63,939 bases of DNA, taken from positions 1-63,939 of the forward strand of contig SICL01000008.1 in NCBI GenBank assembly GCA_009691445.1, in the 5' to 3' direction. Within the stretch, counting starts at the first letter, position 1. The number at the start of each line of letters is the position of its first letter. This document shows, one piece after another, positions 43,500 to 53,306 of this stretch. The notes beneath the pieces were generated by a model, which saw nothing but the letters and a program-made list of their open reading frames with translations, was not told the DNA's origin and searched no databases. The position numbers were made by a program, and so were the translations under genes. This DNA is from Candidatus Taenariivivens baikalensis (GTDB taxonomy: Bacteria > Omnitrophota > Omnitrophia > Omnitrophales > Aquincolibacteriaceae).

Positions 43500-46400
43500 C
43501 TAAACAGGAATTCCAGTCCAGTCATCAAAAATGTACTCTCGATGATTCTTCGATGAGGGCGGTTCTAAACTTACATTATTCCATGTGTGAATGATAGTGC
43601 CATTAGAACGTTGAGTTGCAGTTCCCTTTTCAATAAAAAAAACTTTCCCGTATGAGAGCACATAGTATTCTCTCTTATAAATAGCTCCGTAAGGATCATA
43701 AAAAAAACTGAAATAAGTAGTGACACGATTGTTTATTTCAAAGAAACGATCCAAACGATAGCTTCCATCTTGCGGAGAAAAAATGATTTTTCCAGAGAAA
43801 TCCGGGCCATCAGAAAAAATCAAGGGATGATCTATGAGCGTATCCGGTGAACCCGAAAACTCGATTTGAGTGTAACTGGAATTATAAATAAATAAATTCG
43901 TATCGGTCTTTTGACCTGAATTCAGGTCAAAATGTTCGAGGCTTGTTTTACGAGAAATAGGGTAGGGTGTCAGTGAAATATCTCTATTAAGCTGTTCTAT
44001 CAATTGATAGCTTATCTTTTCGGTGAGTTTACCTGATGATTGGTAGTGATAAAAATCGTACCGGATCATTTTACCTGAAGAATCGAAGTGTTCTGTTTTG
44101 ATTTTTAGTCCGGCTACAAAATAATCCTTCGATATTATAACCCCTTGTCCATCATAATGATCCAGTTTCGTCAGACTCTTATTTAATTCAGCCCCGTGCA
44201 AAATGCCAAAATTATTTTCAATGATTTGTTGTTCACCGGTGGCGATAGTTTCTATAGTCACAGTTGTGATAAGAAGGTCATCTGCAGTGTAAGTGAAATG
44301 ATAGCGAAGACTTCGAGACGTCCATTCCATCATGGTGATATTTTTATGTGCATCCATCTGAATGGGAATCTCCCCCACTTTTTGATACCCTTTATAGATA
44401 GGCATAGACAAGTCGCTTTGAGCCCCATTATGACTGGCAAGAATTTCCATCATAGAAAGCAAGGTCCTGAGGCCAATAAACTGACTTTGAGTTATTGCTT
44501 TTTGCAACCAACCATTAAATGCGGCCTCCGTATTAGCCATAAACTGTCTGCCACCAAACTCTGCCACGCTCTCAGTATAGAAACTATTTGCGTAGTCGGT
44601 AGGCCGATCCTCAGGATTGCCTAAACTAAAAAGCTGACTTTGAATTCCACCGAAAGTGGCAAAATTCTTCTGATAAAGATATTGAAATTCTCCCCAGGTA
44701 CGAACAATGGTCAAGATATGCCACATTTCATGATGAAAACGGTCTGCAGACATCGTGTCTATGCCATTATAAATAGTAATTGAACCTGGTCGACCAACCA
44801 CGGCTGTGCCTTCGCCACAACAGGAAGACGCCTCGACGATAATACCAAATTCGGATACCAGATCAGCCGGGTAGAGACTAAGGTAATTATAGATTTTATT
44901 TGCTTCTTCAGCCGTTACATTTCCAGAGCCAGAGGACCATAGCAATATTCCAAAATCATCAAATATTTCTCTGCGTTTATCATTCGCGGGCATTTTCAAT
45001 TCAGACATAACCGTTTGAACATCCTTGTCATTACGGGCAATTCCTCGAATCATAGTTATAAGAGAATAATAATTTTTAAACTTATCCGGATAAATCATGT
45101 CTGGCCGAGAAAAAATTCTATCGTAATGGAAATCATAATCAAAGAAATCGGCCCATTGCTTGACAATCCATGATCTTTCAGGCCCATTGTCAGGAAGCGT
45201 ATTCTTTAATCTCTGCAAAATAACATAAAGATCCTTAATATAGGCAGCGCCTAAGTATGGCGCCTCAATGCTACAAACAAAAGAGCAAAATTGATCCCAA
45301 TCATTCTCTTTAAGCACATTGAAAATATTTTGGGCCATTTTTTGCGGATCAACATTCACAAGGGCAGGATGAAATAAAAAAGAGGCATAAAGATCGGATA
45401 AATCATACGTTGTCTTTCTATCTCTGGAACCAGATTTCGGCAAGATGCTATAATAAGAGTCCCAATTTCGAAAAACAGGCGAAAGTAATTTGGCGAGAAC
45501 ACTCATTACTTCTTTCGAGTAATTCACTTTCCAACTTGCGCCTATTTGTTTTTTTTCCCATAAGTCGATATCATGATCCAAAGAAAGCAAAGTATCTTTT
45601 GCTGGTTTTTCGGGATGAATAACTAATTCTCGGAGGGTCTTCATAAATTGAGACTGCCCTGCTGGATCCGTCAGGTCATTAGCACCTACTACATCCGAAA
45701 ATTTAATTGTTTTTTCGGTTTTGGAATAAAGACCGATTGACATCAAACTGTTATGCTCTAGCGTAATGGTAAAATAACTATCTTCTGATGATAGAAAAGT
45801 AGGCGATAAAGTTCCTTGCATCTTTCTTCCATCAGAGAGGAGCACGTTAAAATTAGTCGCCACTGAGACTTTGCCTAGCAATGATTTCATTTCGGAAGAA
45901 TTGACCAATTGCATCCACTGTGCAGAACTCAATTCATAAACACGGCTATCGATCTTCTTTAAAACCTGTTCAATGCTTACTTTGCCCTGATCATCAATCA
46001 TGGTTTGACGGTCCACGCGGATCGTTTCAGAAGCCGTGGTGATGACAATTTCAGAATCAGTGTTTTGAATATTTCTGAGTTCATCGTGTGGAATGGGAAG
46101 TTTGGCTTTCGCACCACTTTCCCAGTTCACAAGATAAAGATAGGACGCAGATTCGGCTGCCGTTTGCTGGACAACTTCCGCCACGACCGTTTTTGCATCT
46201 TTGGAAACATAGACACGCGCGGCACTTTGCACTCCGGGCTTATTCGATAAACTTTCCGGATCCCAGGAAATAAGACTCTGGGCTTTGATGCCTTTTCCTG
46301 TTACCTGGTAAACCATGACATCGCGGGATGTGGTCTGGACATAAAAAACCTGACCTGCGGGACCTCCCGGAACAAAAACCGCATCTTCCGGAATACTGAT

Positions 46401-46769
46401 TTGCTGTTCAGGGGTACGTCTCAACACTGAGACTGTCGCAGGATCCACGACGATGGGTACATTCAAAGGTTTAGACGTAGTAGACTGCGCAGTGGTAATG
46501 GATTTTCTAACCGGTGATCTGGGAGGATCCAAGGATGAAGGTAAAGAACCGGGTAAGGATTCCAACGGTTTTTCTGCTGTCATCCGGCTTACTGCTTCTT
46601 CAACGGGCGTTGCAGGAATTTGACGATTAACCGGTGAATCTAAACTATCTGTAGGGTCGGCGTACAAAACCGGAGAGGACGGCATCCATCCAGAACATAA
46701 AAAAAGAACGGCCGTAAAAGCAGCTGTTTTTAATTTTAATTTTTTTGTGTTCATATAAGTGAAACTCAC
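43500..46769 (-). CDS. Large secreted protein with an HExxH (HEMWH) motif and YD-like C-terminal repeats; low-GC island cargo
   Basis: 1089 aa. Signal-like N-terminus KTAAFTAVLFLCSGWMPSSPVLYA, then DRFHHEMWHILTI. C-terminal stretches HYDGQGVIISKDYF and GKMIRYDFYHYQSSGKLTEKISY resemble YD repeats. Confidence 0.7.
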   Translation of the reverse strand: MSFTYMNTKKLKLKTAAFTAVLFLCSGWMPSSPVLYADPTDSLDSPVNRQIPATPVEEAVSRMTAEKPLESLPGSLPSSLDPPRSPVRKSITTAQSTTSKPLNVPIVVDPATVSVLRRTPEQQISIPEDAVFVPGGPAGQVFYVQTTSRDVMVYQVTGKGIKAQSLISWDPESLSNKPGVQSAARVYVSKDAKTVVAEVVQQTAAESASYLYLVNWESGAKAKLPIPHDELRNIQNTDSEIVITTASETIRVDRQTMIDDQGKVSIEQVLKKIDSRVYELSSAQWMQLVNSSEMKSLLGKVSVATNFNVLLSDGRKMQGTLSPTFLSSEDSYFTITLEHNSLMSIGLYSKTEKTIKFSDVVGANDLTDPAGQSQFMKTLRELVIHPEKPAKDTLLSLDHDIDLWEKKQIGASWKVNYSKEVMSVLAKLLSPVFRNWDSYYSILPKSGSRDRKTTYDLSDLYASFLFHPALVNVDPQKMAQNIFNVLKENDWDQFCSFVCSIEAPYLGAAYIKDLYVILQRLKNTLPDNGPERSWIVKQWADFFDYDFHYDRIFSRPDMIYPDKFKNYYSLITMIRGIARNDKDVQTVMSELKMPANDKRREIFDDFGILLWSSGSGNVTAEEANKIYNYLSLYPADLVSEFGIIVEASSCCGEGTAVVGRPGSITIYNGIDTMSADRFHHEMWHILTIVRTWGEFQYLYQKNFATFGGIQSQLFSLGNPEDRPTDYANSFYTESVAEFGGRQFMANTEAAFNGWLQKAITQSQFIGLRTLLSMMEILASHNGAQSDLSMPIYKGYQKVGEIPIQMDAHKNITMMEWTSRSLRYHFTYTADDLLITTVTIETIATGEQQIIENNFGILHGAELNKSLTKLDHYDGQGVIISKDYFVAGLKIKTEHFDSSGKMIRYDFYHYQSSGKLTEKISYQLIEQLNRDISLTPYPISRKTSLEHFDLNSGQKTDTNLFIYNSSYTQIEFSGSPDTLIDHPLIFSDGPDFSGKIIFSPQDGSYRLDRFFEINNRVTTYFSFFYDPYGAIYKREYYVLSYGKVFFIEKGTATQRSNGTIIHTWNNVSLEPPSSKNHREYIFDDWTGIPV

Positions 46770-47534
46770 CTTTGTGCCTGAAAAATAACCATAAGGAAGT
46801 GTAGCTCGATCACAGCGGTCTTACAAGGGTACGCACCAAAATTTTAAAATAAAGAATACACGGCTCGCAAAAATTACGCAGGAATGTTTTAAACCAGTTG
46901 CACGTGTTTGAACTTGATGGGAGTTGCTAGAATCCAATCGACCCAGGGTTCCTGAATTCGGGCTCAGACAAATTTTCTATATAGCAATCAATAGCAACTC
47001 TATTCTTTTTCGGACAAAATTTATACGTTTTCAATGAATCTAAGAATAAGAAGAGAGAGCTAAATCAGAACTTCCATTTTTCACGGCGCATTTGAAGGCT
47101 GATTAAATGTGGAACTTGCTTCTTAACAGGCGAGAACTTTTTCGAGGGTTTGCTCGATCTGAGATTCTCTATTTCGAAGATCAGCAGGAAATCTCTTATT
47201 CACTTCATTCATAACTTTCCGCATTTTTTTGACAAGAATATGAACGATTTCGATCTTATTTTTTCGGAAATTTAAAATTCGAAAACCAGTTGGCATATTG
47301 GTGAACATCCCGCCTTCCAAAAGCAAGACATCCTCCAATTCCCTGACGTAGGAAGGCTCGCCGGTCTTGTTCGAATGACCGGAAAAAAAGTGTGCCAGCC
47401 TTGTGCCCTTTTAGATACCAAAATCGACCATTCTGGACCAAACGGTCTTCATACAAAAATTTTCGCAACTCATTACTCACAAAAGAATTTGTAACACTGG
47501 TAAGAATTTAGGAGATTTTGTTCGGAGGGGGGCG

Positions 47535-47572
47535 CAGTCCCTTGCTCTACCGACTGAGCTACCTGCCCGGAA
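47535..47572 (-). pseudogene. 5' fragment of tRNA-Phe; a 38-nt perfect copy of 42861-42898 ending in the anticodon loop
   Basis: cagtcccttgctctaccgactgagctacctgcccggaa is identical at both positions. Confidence 0.85.
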
Positions 47573-47577
47573 AGATT

Positions 47578-47655
47578 ACGGATTGGGGATTTCGGATTGC
47601 GGAATGAGCGCGGTAAAATCCGCAATCAGCAACCCGCATTCTGAAGTCGGAATCA
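47578..47655. repeat. AATCCGC-word hairpin, third locus, adjoining the tRNA-Phe fragment
   Basis: Left arm acggatt ggggatt tcggatt gcggaat; right arm aatccgc aatcagc aacccgc attctga agtcgga. Confidence 0.7.
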
Positions 47656-47689
47656 TACTGGACAGGCTGAGGAGTGTCAAGAAGGGTCT

Positions 47690-48157
47690 CTAGCGTTTGG
47701 AGAAAAAAGCATCCAGAGTCCACGGATGTTTTTTGGCGAAAAATAGGCGGAGGCTGAGCAGGGCATTGGCGGAATCCATCATCAGCACCTGCTTACCGCT
47801 CAGATGAATCAGACTCCCCTCGCCGAAACATCCGCAGTCGGCAGGAAATTTTCCAGTTTTGAAAAAGTAAACTCCAAGAAGCGTCACAAAGCTCAAACAA
47901 AGTCCGGAAGTCACAAGCGCGCTGAAACGCGTCATATAACCGGTGAGGAGAAAAAAACCAAAAATAAGTTCCAGCCACGGAAGCACCGCCGCAATAACCG
48001 GAACAAAAAAATAAGGAATGACTTCGTACTGCGCAATCACACCGCGGAAATTTTCCAGAGGCGCCGTCACCTTGGTCCAGCCAGAATAAACAAAGACAAT
48101 GCCGATAAAAATCCGGACGATCAGCCAAAAACTTTCAAAATAGAATTTAGACTTCAT
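47690..48157 (-). CDS. MauE/DoxX family membrane protein
   Basis: Four TM helices and the PADCGCFGEG motif. Confidence 0.8.
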   Translation of the reverse strand: MKSKFYFESFWLIVRIFIGIVFVYSGWTKVTAPLENFRGVIAQYEVIPYFFVPVIAAVLPWLELIFGFFLLTGYMTRFSALVTSGLCLSFVTLLGVYFFKTGKFPADCGCFGEGSLIHLSGKQVLMMDSANALLSLRLFFAKKHPWTLDAFFSKR

Positions 48158-48162
48158 GGACT

Positions 48163-48903
48163 CTAATGGGAAGGTGTCCCCTGGGGTGAGGAGGCGTTTG
48201 CCGCGGGTGTTGAAGCTTGGGTCGGGGTTTGAACCGCTACCGGAGTCGAGGGAGCAAGAGCAGGAGCAGGAAGCGGAGGAAGACCCAAAAATTTGCGGAT
48301 CAATCCCTCCCCTTTTATTTTTAGCTCCACGGGACCCACAACCCGATCTCCATTGATAAAAAATGTTGGCGTGGATTCAACCTTAAGCCTGTCGCCGTGA
48401 TAACGATCTTCTTTCACCGCATCAGTGACGCTTTGATCCGTGAGACATGCGGCAAATTGATCAAGATTCAGATTAAGTCCCTTCGCGAATTCCAGAAATC
48501 TGTCCGTAGGATTCGCGGGAGTTGACCATTCCTTTTGCGTCTGAAAAATCTTATCGTGAAATTCCCAGAATTTTCCTTTGCGGTGGGCGCACTCGGCTGC
48601 CTGATGTGCCACGCTCGACCATAAGTGCATCGGAAGTGGAAAATGCCGGAACACAAGCCGAATATCTTTGGGATACTTGGCCATGAATTCTGTGAGAATT
48701 GGCTCAGCTGCCTGGCAGGAAGGACACTGAAAATCGCTGTAACCCACAATGACAACCTTAGCGCTCCCGAGCCCTTTTGACTTGAGCTGACCCGTGAAAT
48801 TGACTTCTGAAGCGGACTGAAGCCGGTGAGTTTTTTGATAGATAAACACGCTGCCGGCAATCCCGGCAAGAAGAATGACTCCCACGGCCCATTTTTGATT
48901 CAT
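48163..48903 (-). CDS. DsbA-family thioredoxin-fold protein, membrane anchored
   Basis: N-terminal TM and the FQCPSC CXXC motif; adjacent to the MauE/DoxX gene. Confidence 0.85.
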   Translation of the reverse strand: MNQKWAVGVILLAGIAGSVFIYQKTHRLQSASEVNFTGQLKSKGLGSAKVVIVGYSDFQCPSCQAAEPILTEFMAKYPKDIRLVFRHFPLPMHLWSSVAHQAAECAHRKGKFWEFHDKIFQTQKEWSTPANPTDRFLEFAKGLNLNLDQFAACLTDQSVTDAVKEDRYHGDRLKVESTPTFFINGDRVVGPVELKIKGEGLIRKFLGLPPLPAPALAPSTPVAVQTPTQASTPAANASSPQGTPSH

Positions 48904-49011
48904 TTTTTTCCCCTCTGTGTACTCGGATTATCGGCTAAGTTCACGAAAATTCAAGGCGGTTAATCCTAATAAGAAGGCGCTCCACCCGCAATGACTTATT
49001 TTTTAGATGCC

Positions 49012-50841
49012 TTAAATTCTATCGGTGGATTCCACAAGTTTTCGGATCGTGCGATTGACTTTCAGGGTCTTCATCTGTTCAAGCGAAAAGGAAATCCTTA
49101 AATGCCAATTTTTTAAATGAAGCGTCCCCGGCACATTAATTCGGTAGGCCGGATCATCCACCACCTGAAATTTCGGATCAACGCTCAACCAGTCCTGGAG
49201 AAGCTGGATTGAAAAAATAGAATTCGATTCCAGACTCTTTTCGAGCAGCGCCTGCTCCAAAAGCTTGGGGGAAATTTTATTCGTCCCGAGAAGCCGAAGA
49301 AATTGTTCCCTCTCATGAATCGTGGATTCATAAAGCAAAACCAGTTTAGGGATTTTGGAAGCTGCCTTTGAAACCATTCTTAAAAAACAGGACCGGTCTT
49401 TCAAAGCCTCTTTCCAGCGCAACCTTCCAGGAGCAGAGGCCCTCAGATCAAACAAGGATCCCCGAAGCGCCGCAAGGTTAACACCGTAAACCCGGCACCA
49501 GTGTTCAAACGTTTTCGCATTGACGGTTCCCGCTTCATCCTTCCACCAGGTGCGCAGCACACTGGTATCATGCGTCGAAATCCAGGAAACCGATAACGGT
49601 CGATAACTTTCAGGACTTCGAAACTCATAGCTAGTTTCCCAATCACGCGCCCATCGCTGAACCTCCATCCCTGGAATACCCAATTCCTCCATGACCCGGC
49701 GCGCGCAGTCCGGAACCGAGCCAAGATCTTCCGCGCACGGAAGCATTGAGGTACTCTTAAGCATTTGTCTCAGGAGTTTTCTCCCCTGCGCTTCCCATTT
49801 TGTTTCGTCTTCGGGATCAAAAAAACCAAAGAGTCCTTCATCCTGAGACGGCTGCTTATGAAAGATCGTCCAGACGCGAAAGACTCCCGCCAAATGATCC
49901 ACGCGGTAAAGATGGTAGAAATTTTCCGCATATTTCAGTTTGGCGTTTAGATAATCATAACGGCGGTCGGCCATTTTCTCCCAATGATAAGGCGGCATTC
50001 CCCAGCGCTGGCCTTTGGCAAAATCAAGATCCGGAGGAGATCCCGCCAGCAAATCGAGCTTGAAATAATCCTGATGCGCCCACACATAGTCGCTGTTACG
50101 AGCCGCAAGAAACGGCATATCGCCCACAATCAGAACGCCCCGCTTTCCCGCATATTTTTTGACGAAAGAAAGCTGTTCAAAAAGCTGCCACTGAAGCCAG
50201 CGGTAAAATTCCAGATCATGGGCATGCTGTTTGGCTAGCAGAGAGAGGATTTTGGCATCGCGCTTCCGGAATACTTCGGGCCAGGATTCCCAAGACTGTT
50301 GGGCGAAGCGTTCCTGAATCACCTTAAAAAGAACGTAATCCTCCAGCCAGAATTTATTTTTTCGGACAAACTGATAAAACGCAGCCGGAAGCCGCTCGTG
50401 GACGGATTCGTAAATTTCTCCCAATAAAAAAAGCTTAGCCTTCTTGATCCGGTCATCGAAGTAAGACTTCCGGCAAGGATGATTGAGGCGGAGTTCCCGA
50501 ATTTTTAACTGAAAGGGTTTTAAAGAAACACCTCGCAGTTCTTCCAGCGATAAATACATCGGATCCAGAGCAATCACGCTTTGCGCGTCATAAGGACGAA
50601 AATCATACCCGATCTCATTTAAGGGAAGAAGCTGAAGCAGTGTCAGACCCGTTTGTTTGCACCAGTCAATCATGAGTTGGAGATCCGGAATTTCTCCTAC
50701 CCCGATGCTTTTTTTGGAATGGAGCGCAAAAAGAGGCACGCAAACTCCGGCCCTTCTTTGAACGCCTGTTTTTTCCCAGTGCCTTCCAGCTTCAGTCTTA
50801 AGGAATACGGAGTAGGGATTTTTAGAAGATTTTTTTATCAT
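49012..50841 (-). CDS. malQ: 4-alpha-glucanotransferase (GH77)
   Basis: Contains GVCVPLFALHS, LLQLLPLNE, YRVDHLAGVFRVW and CAEDLG. Confidence 0.88.
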   Translation of the reverse strand: MIKKSSKNPYSVFLKTEAGRHWEKTGVQRRAGVCVPLFALHSKKSIGVGEIPDLQLMIDWCKQTGLTLLQLLPLNEIGYDFRPYDAQSVIALDPMYLSLEELRGVSLKPFQLKIRELRLNHPCRKSYFDDRIKKAKLFLLGEIYESVHERLPAAFYQFVRKNKFWLEDYVLFKVIQERFAQQSWESWPEVFRKRDAKILSLLAKQHAHDLEFYRWLQWQLFEQLSFVKKYAGKRGVLIVGDMPFLAARNSDYVWAHQDYFKLDLLAGSPPDLDFAKGQRWGMPPYHWEKMADRRYDYLNAKLKYAENFYHLYRVDHLAGVFRVWTIFHKQPSQDEGLFGFFDPEDETKWEAQGRKLLRQMLKSTSMLPCAEDLGSVPDCARRVMEELGIPGMEVQRWARDWETSYEFRSPESYRPLSVSWISTHDTSVLRTWWKDEAGTVNAKTFEHWCRVYGVNLAALRGSLFDLRASAPGRLRWKEALKDRSCFLRMVSKAASKIPKLVLLYESTIHEREQFLRLLGTNKISPKLLEQALLEKSLESNSIFSIQLLQDWLSVDPKFQVVDDPAYRINVPGTLHLKNWHLRISFSLEQMKTLKVNRTIRKLVESTDRI

Positions 50842-50855
50842 TCATCACGCGTTAT

Positions 50856-50927
50856 GAGGGAAGAAAAAGGAATAAAACGGAAGAATACGGGAAAATCTAA
50901 GTGTGGGTTTTTCCTTTTCCTTCCCTC
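50856..50927. repeat. Purine-rich heptamer-word hairpin upstream of malQ
   Basis: gagggaagaaaaagga (50856-50871) pairs with tccttttccttccctc (50912-50927), 15/16 complementary, with a 40-nt loop. Confidence 0.7.
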
Positions 50928-50937
50928 TTTTTCCTTA

Positions 50938-51480
50938 TTATTCCATATTTTTTCTACGGTAATCATCCATCAATTTGCGGATATCACTATCCGCGGAGCG
51001 CTGAACCTGCATGCAGATAAAAATAAGAACAGAAAACTGCCAGCAGTCCTCTGGGCCCACAATTAAACCGGTGGAGATATTTTCTTCCTGATGAAGTTCC
51101 CGGCTATAGCGGTCAATCGCGCCCTTTAAACGTCCTTCAAAGAGATCCAGCGATTCCGTCTTGTTCTGATATTTAAACGAAGGAAAACGCACGCCGCGCA
51201 CCAGGAGAAATGTCGTAAGCAGATCCTGATTAAGTTTGGATTCTCTTTCAAAATCAAATCCTTCGAGCTGCGGCAGATCCGAGGGAAGATGGATCGATGG
51301 CTTATCTACCGCCACGGCCCCCTTGCGGACAACGGTGTCTCCCAAATTGACGGAGGACTCCGCCAAAAAAATATAGGGCAACTTCGTGGTTTCAAACGCA
51401 TGAAGCGGCTGCAAACGGAATCGAACAATTTCTGTTTGTTTAAGTGCCTTGGACCAAGCGGAGTGAATATCCATCGTCAT
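50938..51480 (-). CDS. Hypothetical protein
   Basis: 180-aa ORF of ordinary composition; I recognise no motif. Confidence 0.5.
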   Translation of the reverse strand: MTMDIHSAWSKALKQTEIVRFRLQPLHAFETTKLPYIFLAESSVNLGDTVVRKGAVAVDKPSIHLPSDLPQLEGFDFERESKLNQDLLTTFLLVRGVRFPSFKYQNKTESLDLFEGRLKGAIDRYSRELHQEENISTGLIVGPEDCWQFSVLIFICMQVQRSADSDIRKLMDDYRRKNME

Positions 51481-51562
51481 TAAATCCGAAATCCGAATAT
51501 CGAAATCCGAAAGATTCTCAAATAATTAGAGTTTTGAATTTTGAAATTAGTAAAACTGTCCA

Positions 51563-52432
51563 CTAGCATCTTCTAACTTGCTTAATGATAACCGGCAAAT
51601 AATCCAAGAGGTCACTTGCCATCAGACTCGCTTCGCCTGTTTTCCGGATCGCTTGATCGGCCACAAGGCCGTGGAGGAAAACCCCGAAACGGGCGCTGTC
51701 CCAAAGCGAAAATCCCTGCGCAGCAAGGGCAGCAATCATTCCCGTCAGGACATCACCAAATCCACCCTTTGCCATCCCCGGATTTCCTGTCATGTTAACA
51801 TAAAGTTTATTTTTTTTCGCGACAATCGTGTGCCAACCCTTAAGAACAATCACCCAGGGCCCTTGCTGAGCAATTTCAAACGCACATTTTTTTCGATCCG
51901 ATTCCCCCGCGGAGAGTTTGCCTCCGAAAAGCCTCTTAAATTCTCCGGGATGCGGAGTTAAAACAGCGCGCCCTGACAAATCCTGGAGTTCGCGTTTATG
52001 TCCAGCAAAGGCATTCAGTCCATCCGCGTCCAGCACGACAGGGATCGGGGTTTCCCGGATGAGCTTCCGGACAAGTTTCTGAGTTTCGGGATGCTGGGAA
52101 AGTCCGGGGCCAAGCGCAAGAATCGTTTGAGCGGAAATCATTTTTTTAAGCGGCTTCAGACATTTTAAGGAAAATGTTCCGGCTGAGGTGCTCGCAAAGG
52201 GATGAACCATCACGTCCGCGCGCACGCGGCGGGCGACGATAGAATAAACTGCTTCCGGAACCGCAAGGCTGACAAGTCCCGCGCCGGTGCGGAGAGCTGC
52301 AAGGCTCGCCAACTCCGCCGCTCCGGTCATCCCCTGGGAACCGGCCACAATCAACACGCGGCCAAAATCACCTTTGTGAGATTTTTTTTTTCGCGGCGGC
52401 CATTTTTTGAAGATTTCTTGAATAATATCCAT
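51563..52432 (-). CDS. nnrD: ADP-dependent NAD(P)H-hydrate dehydratase (YjeF C-terminal domain type)
   Basis: Contains KGDFGRVLIVAGSQGMTGAAELA and GNPGMAKGGFGDVLTG. The ATG at 52432 is preferred; the longer track N-terminus translates the repeat arm. Confidence 0.85.
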   Translation of the reverse strand: MDIIQEIFKKWPPRKKKSHKGDFGRVLIVAGSQGMTGAAELASLAALRTGAGLVSLAVPEAVYSIVARRVRADVMVHPFASTSAGTFSLKCLKPLKKMISAQTILALGPGLSQHPETQKLVRKLIRETPIPVVLDADGLNAFAGHKRELQDLSGRAVLTPHPGEFKRLFGGKLSAGESDRKKCAFEIAQQGPWVIVLKGWHTIVAKKNKLYVNMTGNPGMAKGGFGDVLTGMIAALAAQGFSLWDSARFGVFLHGLVADQAIRKTGEASLMASDLLDYLPVIIKQVRRC

Positions 52433-52438
52433 CAACAA

Positions 52439-52572
52439 AATAACCAAGAAACAAGAGACAATAACCAAATAAATTCAAAAATAATAAATTTCAATCTTTT
52501 CAAATCGCTCATTTCTTGGATCTTAGGGGCTTGATTATTCGTTTGTATCTTGCATCTTGTTTCTTGGTTATT
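52439..52572. repeat. Heptamer-word inverted repeat with an 18/18 perfect stem and a 98-nt spacer
   Basis: aataaccaagaaacaaga (52439-52456) pairs with tcttgtttcttggttatt (52555-52572). Words are taaccaa gaaacaa gagacaa taaccaa. The right arm contains the pdxJ stop codon. Confidence 0.8.
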
Positions 52573-53287
52573 TACTCTTTAGATTGATTAAACCCTTCAT
52601 TTCTTCCACGCTTTTGCGCAGTCCCCAAAAAACAGCGTGCGAAACAATGGAATGCCCGATATTGAGCTCTTCGATTTCGGAAATTCCGCAAATTGGCTGG
52701 ACATTGTCATAATCCAGACCGTGGCCGGCGTGCACCTTCATCCCCAAACGCACCGCAAGTGCCGAGCCTTGACGGATTTTATCCAGCTCCAGACGCCGGT
52801 GTTTTCCTTTGGCAAGACTGTACGCGCCCGTATGAATTTCAATGGCATCTGCACCCACTAAAGAAGCTTTCAAAATCTGTTCGGGAGAGGGATCTATAAA
52901 TAAACTGACTTCAATGTGCAGGGCCTTAAAAAGTGGGATGGTTTTCTTTAAGGCCTTTTCCTTGGCAATCACATTCAAACCGCCTTCGGTGGTCACTTCC
53001 AGGCGGCGCTCGGGAACAATGCAGACTTTTTCGGGCTTTAACGCCAAGGCAATACGGATAATTTCCGGGACCAGTGCAAGCTCCAGATTGATGGGAATGC
53101 GGCAACTGCGTTTTAAGGCCGGGAGATCCGTGTCCTGAATGTGGCGGCGGTCTTCGCGTAAATGAACGGTGATACTGTCCGCCCCGCCCGCTTCTGCTTC
53201 CTTAGCCGCAAGGATCACGTCCGGCTGAGTTCCACGCCGCGCTTGGCGCAGAGTCGCCACATGATCAATATTAACGCCGAGTTTCAT
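52568..53287 (-). CDS. pdxJ: Pyridoxine 5'-phosphate synthase
   Basis: Contains MKLGVNIDHVATLRQARRG, HLREDRRHI and HAGHGL. Confidence 0.93.
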   Translation of the reverse strand: MKLGVNIDHVATLRQARRGTQPDVILAAKEAEAGGADSITVHLREDRRHIQDTDLPALKRSCRIPINLELALVPEIIRIALALKPEKVCIVPERRLEVTTEGGLNVIAKEKALKKTIPLFKALHIEVSLFIDPSPEQILKASLVGADAIEIHTGAYSLAKGKHRRLELDKIRQGSALAVRLGMKVHAGHGLDYDNVQPICGISEIEELNIGHSIVSHAVFWGLRKSVEEMKGLINLKSK

Positions 53288-53306
53288 GATTCAATCTCTA
53301 GAAATC

